NCBI GenBank assembly: GCA_963842885.1
Contig: CAWJIE010000002.1
Coordinates: 1-64,000, forward strand
DNA: 64,000 nt
Origin: an uncultured Nitrososphaerota archaeon
Lineage (GTDB): Archaea > Thermoproteota > Nitrososphaeria > Conexivisphaerales > DTJL01
Direction of reading: 5' to 3'
The position numbers and the translations under genes are program-made. Each line of letters begins with the position of its first letter. Position 1 is the stretch's first letter. The notes under the pieces are model-generated. The model did not search any database. It had not been told where the DNA came from and saw only the letters and a list, made by a program, of their open reading frames with translations. Positions 59,018-64,000 of the stretch are shown here, piece after piece.

Positions 59018-61548
59018 TCGAGGATGTGGATGTCGCAGGGGTAGTAGTCCAGCTCGTAGAACCACTTCTGAGGCCGCCTTGTCCTGAACAGCACCTCCGC
59101 CTCCTTCAGCGCCGCATCGGCCTCGGAGGCAAGACCAAGGCTCCTGAGGGATCCGGCCTTGGCCTTGAGCCGCTTGGCCTTCACGAGCTCTGCATCCCCC
59201 TTCCACGAGTTGGGCTCGTACCACTCCAGCCACCGCAGCGCCTCACGATGCCTGCCGAGGGATGCTAACGTCGTGGCCAGGTTGAAGGAGAAGTAGTCCT
59301 GGATCAAGGACTCCCCAGACCCTTCGACCTGGGGGATCAGTGACTCCAGCTTGGAGAGGGCCAGCTCGGGCCTCCCCTCCATCCTCTCCAAAATCGCCAA
59401 GTTACTGGAAGAGCATATATCGTTGAAGGCTTCGCTGCTCCTCGTTTCGGCCTCTTCAAACATGGAGCGCGCCTTGCCCAGTTCGCCCGTCACCGTATAG
59501 ACGACGCCCAGGTTGTTCAGGGAGGCGTCGACTTCATACGCATCTATCCTCCTGTAGGTCTCCAGTGCCTCAAGCAGGTTCTTCTGGGCGCAGTCGAAAT
59601 CCCCCAGATACATGAGCTCCGCGCCGAGGTTGTTGAGGCACCTTGCGGTCTCGATGGTCGCCCCGGTCCTCCGGAAGGTCTCCAGAGCAGACCCGATGTA
59701 TCCTATGGCGCGGCGCGAATCGTAAATCATGCCCGACTTCCTCTGAAGCACCGCAAGGCCCGTTTCATCTCTCGCCAGATTGAAGGCCTTCTGGCTTTCG
59801 CCGAAGCGCTTGACGGCCTTGTCGAAATTGCCGAAGTGGTCCAACACGGTTGCCAAAGCCGAGAGGGCCCTCCCCAGCTCCTGCTGTCGTCCTAGCAACT
59901 GGAAGCCATTCACCGCGTCCTCCAGGTGTCTCACCGCTTCAGCGCTCACCTCTTTCGTTCCGATATAGCGACAGCATTCTCCCGCGATAAGGTGGCTCTC
60001 AGCCGACAAAGCGGGATTAACGTCATTTGACTCGATTAACCGAAGCGCCGTAGTCCTTGCCAGCTCGAACTTCCCGTCCTGGAATTCCGCGCTCGCGAGC
60101 CGGAGTAGGAGTCGTCCGTGCTCTAGACCTTCACGCCGGACGAAGCCCGAGTCGACTAGGGAAAGACACTGCTCCAGATCGGCTGCCGCTCCCGCGTATC
60201 CAAATTCCGCCGATGACCTTTCGGCCGCTTGACCGAATAGCCTGTAGGCGTCATCATACCTCTCTGCAAACCTGTAATGAGTCGCTATGTCCGCCAGACT
60301 TGTCGGACCGCCGCTCTTTCTTTCGAGGCATGATGCCACCTTGAGGTGGACCGCTGTCGAAATCGAGCCGAGCTCCGACAGGATCACTTCTCGGGTGATT
60401 TCATGGTCGAATTCGTACCGGTCGGGCGAATCAGCGACGCGGACGATGTGGTAAATCTCTTCCAAGGACTCCAAGCGGTGCTTAAGTCTCAGGACGTCCG
60501 TCTCCATGACATCCGCAAGGTCCGCGACTGAAAACTCGCGTCCAAGAGCCGCGGCGTAATCAAGCGAAAGTCTTGCCTCGGGGTCATCATCATTTATCCT
60601 GAGCAGATTTCTGGCGATGAGATTCCGTATTTCCTTCGGCGCGGCCTCATGCCCCGTGGAGAAGGTCGGCCAGCCCGGCTCCTTCTGCCCCTTGCCTGTC
60701 TCGATTGCCTCCCTGACGATGCCCGAGATGAGCATCGGGTTCCCCTCCGTCCGCTCCAGTAGGACGGCCATCTGGCCCTCGGCGATCAATCTGCCGGTCA
60801 ACAGCCTCTTTACCATCTCCGTCGAAGCCCCATGTGGGATCGGCCTCAGCTCTATCAGGTCGACCGATTTGCTGTCCGTGTCATGCAAAATGCCCTGAAG
60901 CGTCTCCGTGCTCTGTCGCTCCCGCTGCAAGCTCGGATACCCCTCTCTGAGGCAGAGCACAAGGAGGGCCTTGCACCTCCCTATCCTTTCGGTCAGATAG
61001 CCCAGAGACTCTAAGAGGAGGAGTCGGCCCACTGGGCATCGTCCACAAAGGCGACGACAGTCTTCTTCTTGGATAGCTTTTCTATGAGCGTCAGGACGAC
61101 TTCGTTCACGTAGTATGATTGTGAAAGGATCCTGAGGTCCGCTGCGGTCAGCCCAGAGAAGTCCTTGTAGGCATCCAACGATGCCCCAACCAAACCTCCA
61201 ATCGATGGGATGAGCTTTCCAAGGTTCATGGCCGTCAGGGCCACCTGCCTTCCGTACCGCAGGAGGGTCCCCTTCCTCAGGACGGGCTCGATCAGCTCAG
61301 TGATGGTGACGAAGGGCGCCGAAAGATACCTGGCGACCAGCTGCCCGGAGGATAACGGCCTCCTTCTCATCGAGACCTCCTAGGAATTCGTTGACAAGAG
61401 AAGTCTTCCCTATGCCGGGTTCACCCCTAACGAATACGACCCTGCCGGCGCCAGTCTCGACTACCTCTTTTAGAGCCTTTCGGAGAGCTGAGAGCTGCTC
61501 CTCCCTGTCAACGAAGATTGGCTGCGTTTCAGCCCTGGCCCTTGACAT
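59014..61548 (-). CDS. STAND-type AAA ATPase + wHTH + TPR repeats, two frameshifts (near 61345 and 61013)
   Basis: FVDREEQL, GEPGIGKT, FVDDAQWAD, TEGNP, AAALGREFS, FDHEITRE, LNNLG TPRs. Confidence 0.8.
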
Positions 61549-61717
61549 GGGTCATGGAAAAGGAGGTCGGAGGGCTTATTAATCCTGTCCTGCTGGCTCA
61601 CCCGTCAATTGAAACTAGGGCCTGGAGGCCGTATGCGGCTCCTGACTCTCATGTCTTGTATGCTCGATCCGGACGCATCAGCCTCGTTTTTGAGCTCTCG
61701 AGACGAGACAGAGCGCT

Positions 61718-62278
61718 ATGGCGAAAGCGTCGAAAGAACCGGGGTTGTCCCCCCAGATAAGGCGATGTCAACCCAGAGATGCAGAAGCTTTCCTAAGACT
61801 GGAGGCAATCTGCTTTGAAATGCGTTATCGAAATGAAGTACTGTACTACTGGCGTCCCGTCTTTGATTATGGCTGGATATTCAAGGTCATTTGTGGCGGC
61901 AGGATTGTGGGGGGAGTGATGGCGATGCCGACAAGACAGGGAATGATCTACATCAACTCCTTGTTTGTCCATCCACTCTTCAGGAATCGGGGGATAGCCA
62001 GGAGGCTTCTCAAGAAGGTCCTCATGCTCAGGACGCCCAAGGGCTTCGTACTCGACGTGAAGACAGAGAAGCGATACCTGATAGCGTTTTATGAGAAGGA
62101 AGGCTTTCGAATAGCGCGGAAGGAGGCCAACTACTACCTCGATGGTTCCTCCAGGGTAATCTTGATTAAGGATTCGCAGGAGCAGGTGTCCGTCAGCTCA
62201 ATCTTGAAACACTCATTATCGTCGCAGCATGAGCGAGTCCACAGCCTCGAAGCGTCCTGCAAACAGCCCTCGACATAG
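61718..62278 (+). CDS. GNAT acetyltransferase (RimI-like)
   Basis: LFVHPLFRNRGIARRLL, FYEKEGF, NYY. Confidence 0.85.
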   Translation: MAKASKEPGLSPQIRRCQPRDAEAFLRLEAICFEMRYRNEVLYYWRPVFDYGWIFKVICGGRIVGGVMAMPTRQGMIYINSLFVHPLFRNRGIARRLLKKVLMLRTPKGFVLDVKTEKRYLIAFYEKEGFRIARKEANYYLDGSSRVILIKDSQEQVSVSSILKHSLSSQHERVHSLEASCKQPST

Positions 62279-62418
62279 CTCTAGGGCATCTCATCTGGAA
62301 GGGATGGGCAAGAAGGCAGCCGTCGAAAAGAAGGAGGTATGAAAGCCTCTACCACTGGGAATGTTTCTTCAGCCGAGGTGAACGTTAAAGAACTGGAGCC
62401 GAAGATATCTGGTTCGGG

Positions 62419-63290
62419 ATGAAGCAGCGAACGGGAATACCGGCCCGTATCCAATCCTTGGTTCTCTCGGCGAACAATCACACCTGCTGCATATGCAGGG
62501 AACGCGACCGACCCGTCAACCTTCACCACATAGACGGGAATCCCGCGAACAGTGAGCCTTCGAACCTCGCTGTTGTTTGCATGAACTGTCACAGCAAGGT
62601 TACCGGCAAGCAGGGCCTTGGCAAGGCCTTCCTAGCAGATGAGGTTAGGGCCTACAAGAGGGGTTGGGAGGAGTACGTCAGGGCTCTAAAAGGCGATTTC
62701 GCATCTCCAAAGAGGATACTGAAAGGTGTTGAATCGCGGCTTGTCGAGTTTGACATACGCAAACAGGTCTATGAATTGGAAATCGAAGAGGACCCGAAGA
62801 GGATTCAGGCGATTCTCAGCCTCCTGTTCCTGTACGCCTTAGAAGAGCGCTTTGCTACCTACATCGTCAAGCAGATTCATGAGCAAGTATTCGGGATCAC
62901 CACGAAACATGACAGCGTGAGAGCGCGGCTGGTCGTGCAGTACCTTCCAATGTTCTTCGCCGGCCTCCCCTTCCCCGATCGCTATCCTTCTGAGCCTGAT
63001 GCAGAGACGGGCCTGATCTTATGCCATCGATACGATGCACCCCTTCGCGCTGTGTGAGCGTCAGGGCTGGTAGTCTGGAGACTCCGTTCAGAGGGCATGC
63101 ATTGAGGCGTTGCGCGAGATCTGGCTTCGCCCGTAGCTCTCACATGAAGAAGGCCGAAGAAGACTCACTGAAGGCCATTGCCAGCATCGGCGAGACGACT
63201 CAATCGGAGGAAGTGCGAAGACTCTCCGCCAAGTGCCTTGAGGACCTTAAGGCCGCGAACTCCGGGCCCGCCTCCCATCTCAGCCCTTGA
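62419..63290 (+). CDS. HNH endonuclease with C-terminal helical domain, probably frameshifted near 63020
   Basis: CCIC...LHHIDGNPANSEPSNLAVVCMNCH. Confidence 0.8.
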
Positions 63291-63459
63291 AGTGCTTTGG
63301 CTTCTCCAGCCAGCCGAGGTCCTTCAGGAAGTAAACCGCCGCGGCCCTCATGGCGTCGGCCTTCGACGCGAACAGCCCCGCCTCCACGACGGCCGCGAGC
63401 ATTTCGTCCAGCTGCTCCGTGACTGTGACTCTGACCTCGGATGCGCAAGCCTCAGACAT
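63280..63459 (-). CDS. Ribbon-helix-helix protein (59 aa, not in the ORF track)
   Basis: Hand translation MSEACASEVRVTVTEQLDEMLAAVVEAGLFASKADAMRAAAVYFLKDLGWLEKPKHFKG. Confidence 0.7.
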   Translation of the reverse strand: MSEACASEVRVTVTEQLDEMLAAVVEAGLFASKADAMRAAAVYFLKDLGWLEKPKHFKG

Positions 63460-63504
63460 GACGGCCTGTTGGGGTCCTTGTAGCCCGTTCGTAGACGGCG
63501 TCTT

Positions 63505-64000
63505 TCATGCCGGAAGTCCCCGGGCCTGCATCTCGGCGATGACGTTGTTCTTGGCCGTCTCCACGACCTTCTCCGCCTGCTGGGCCTTGGCCAAGTATTC
63601 CGACAACTCCTCCGGGGACATATCCTTGACGGTCTTCTCATGGCTTTCCTGGGCCTGCCGCGGGCCCTGCTGTGGGGCTCCGCTCCTGGCGACGCCGTGC
63701 TTGAAGCCGTCGCCGAAGCCCTCGGCCAGCGGCTTCCCGACTTTTTCGATTCCTTCCCTCACGGTTTTCCCTAACTCGGTCAGCTGCTCCCTGGCATACT
63801 TCTGGTCGGCCTGCTTCTGCTTCTGCTCCCAAATCCAGCGGGTGAGCTCGTCGTCGTGCGTCTTCGCCCACTTCTTGAAGTCCAGGTCGATCTTGGCGAC
63901 CTCCAGGTTTTCGGGGTTCTTCTCGCCGCCCATTATCCCCAGGCCCTTGAGCTTGCCGACCATCTCGACGGCGTAGCTAAAGGGGTCATTCCCCTGGAGC
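63505..64000 (-). CDS. Hypothetical helical protein, 5' end beyond the window
   Basis: Frame stays open from 63963 to the window edge. Confidence 0.6.
   Translation of the reverse strand, partial: LQGNDPFSYAVEMVGKLKGLGIMGGEKNPENLEVAKIDLDFKKWAKTHDDELTRWIWEQKQKQADQKYAREQLTELGKTVREGIEKVGKPLAEGFGDGFKHGVARSGAPQQGPRQAQESHEKTVKDMSPEELSEYLAKAQQAEKVVETAKNNVIAEMQARGLPA

Overview
The window holds two unrelated segments joined at about 13,360-13,400. (1) 1-13.4 kb is lower-GC bacterial DNA, probably Chloroflexota/Dehalococcoidia-like (inference). It carries a livHMGF ABC operon, a degenerate tRNA-Met(CAT), lysophospholipase, a PQQ-repeat protein, DegV, dUTPase, a DAG kinase, dCMP deaminase, a P-loop kinase, a CCA-adding enzyme and a truncated holA; most are broken by 1-bp indels typical of unpolished long reads. 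(2) 13.4-64 kb is higher-GC archaeal DNA (thermosome, TFB fragment, PEF-CTERM, TATA promoters; probably a Nitrososphaerota lineage, inference). It is an accessory island of secreted/membrane orphans, five toxin-antitoxin-like pairs, DUF3800, a DinG/XPD-type helicase, a STAND-TPR ATPase and an HNH nuclease. The main unexplained signal is a family of intergenic repeats between 14.7 and 51.4 kb. An invariant 15-mer, TCGCAGGTCCAAGCC, occurs 13 times, always on the + strand, and often brackets exactly one gene. It combines in different arrangements with five 11-6-11 dif-like palindromes and an AT-rich module. The layout resembles an integron- or pdif-like gene-cassette array, but the sites are not attC and no recombinase is in the window, so it is a candidate new archaeal cassette system. 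A second candidate is a structured antisense RNA abutting the DUF3800 stop codon. All family calls come from motif recognition by eye; no searches were run.
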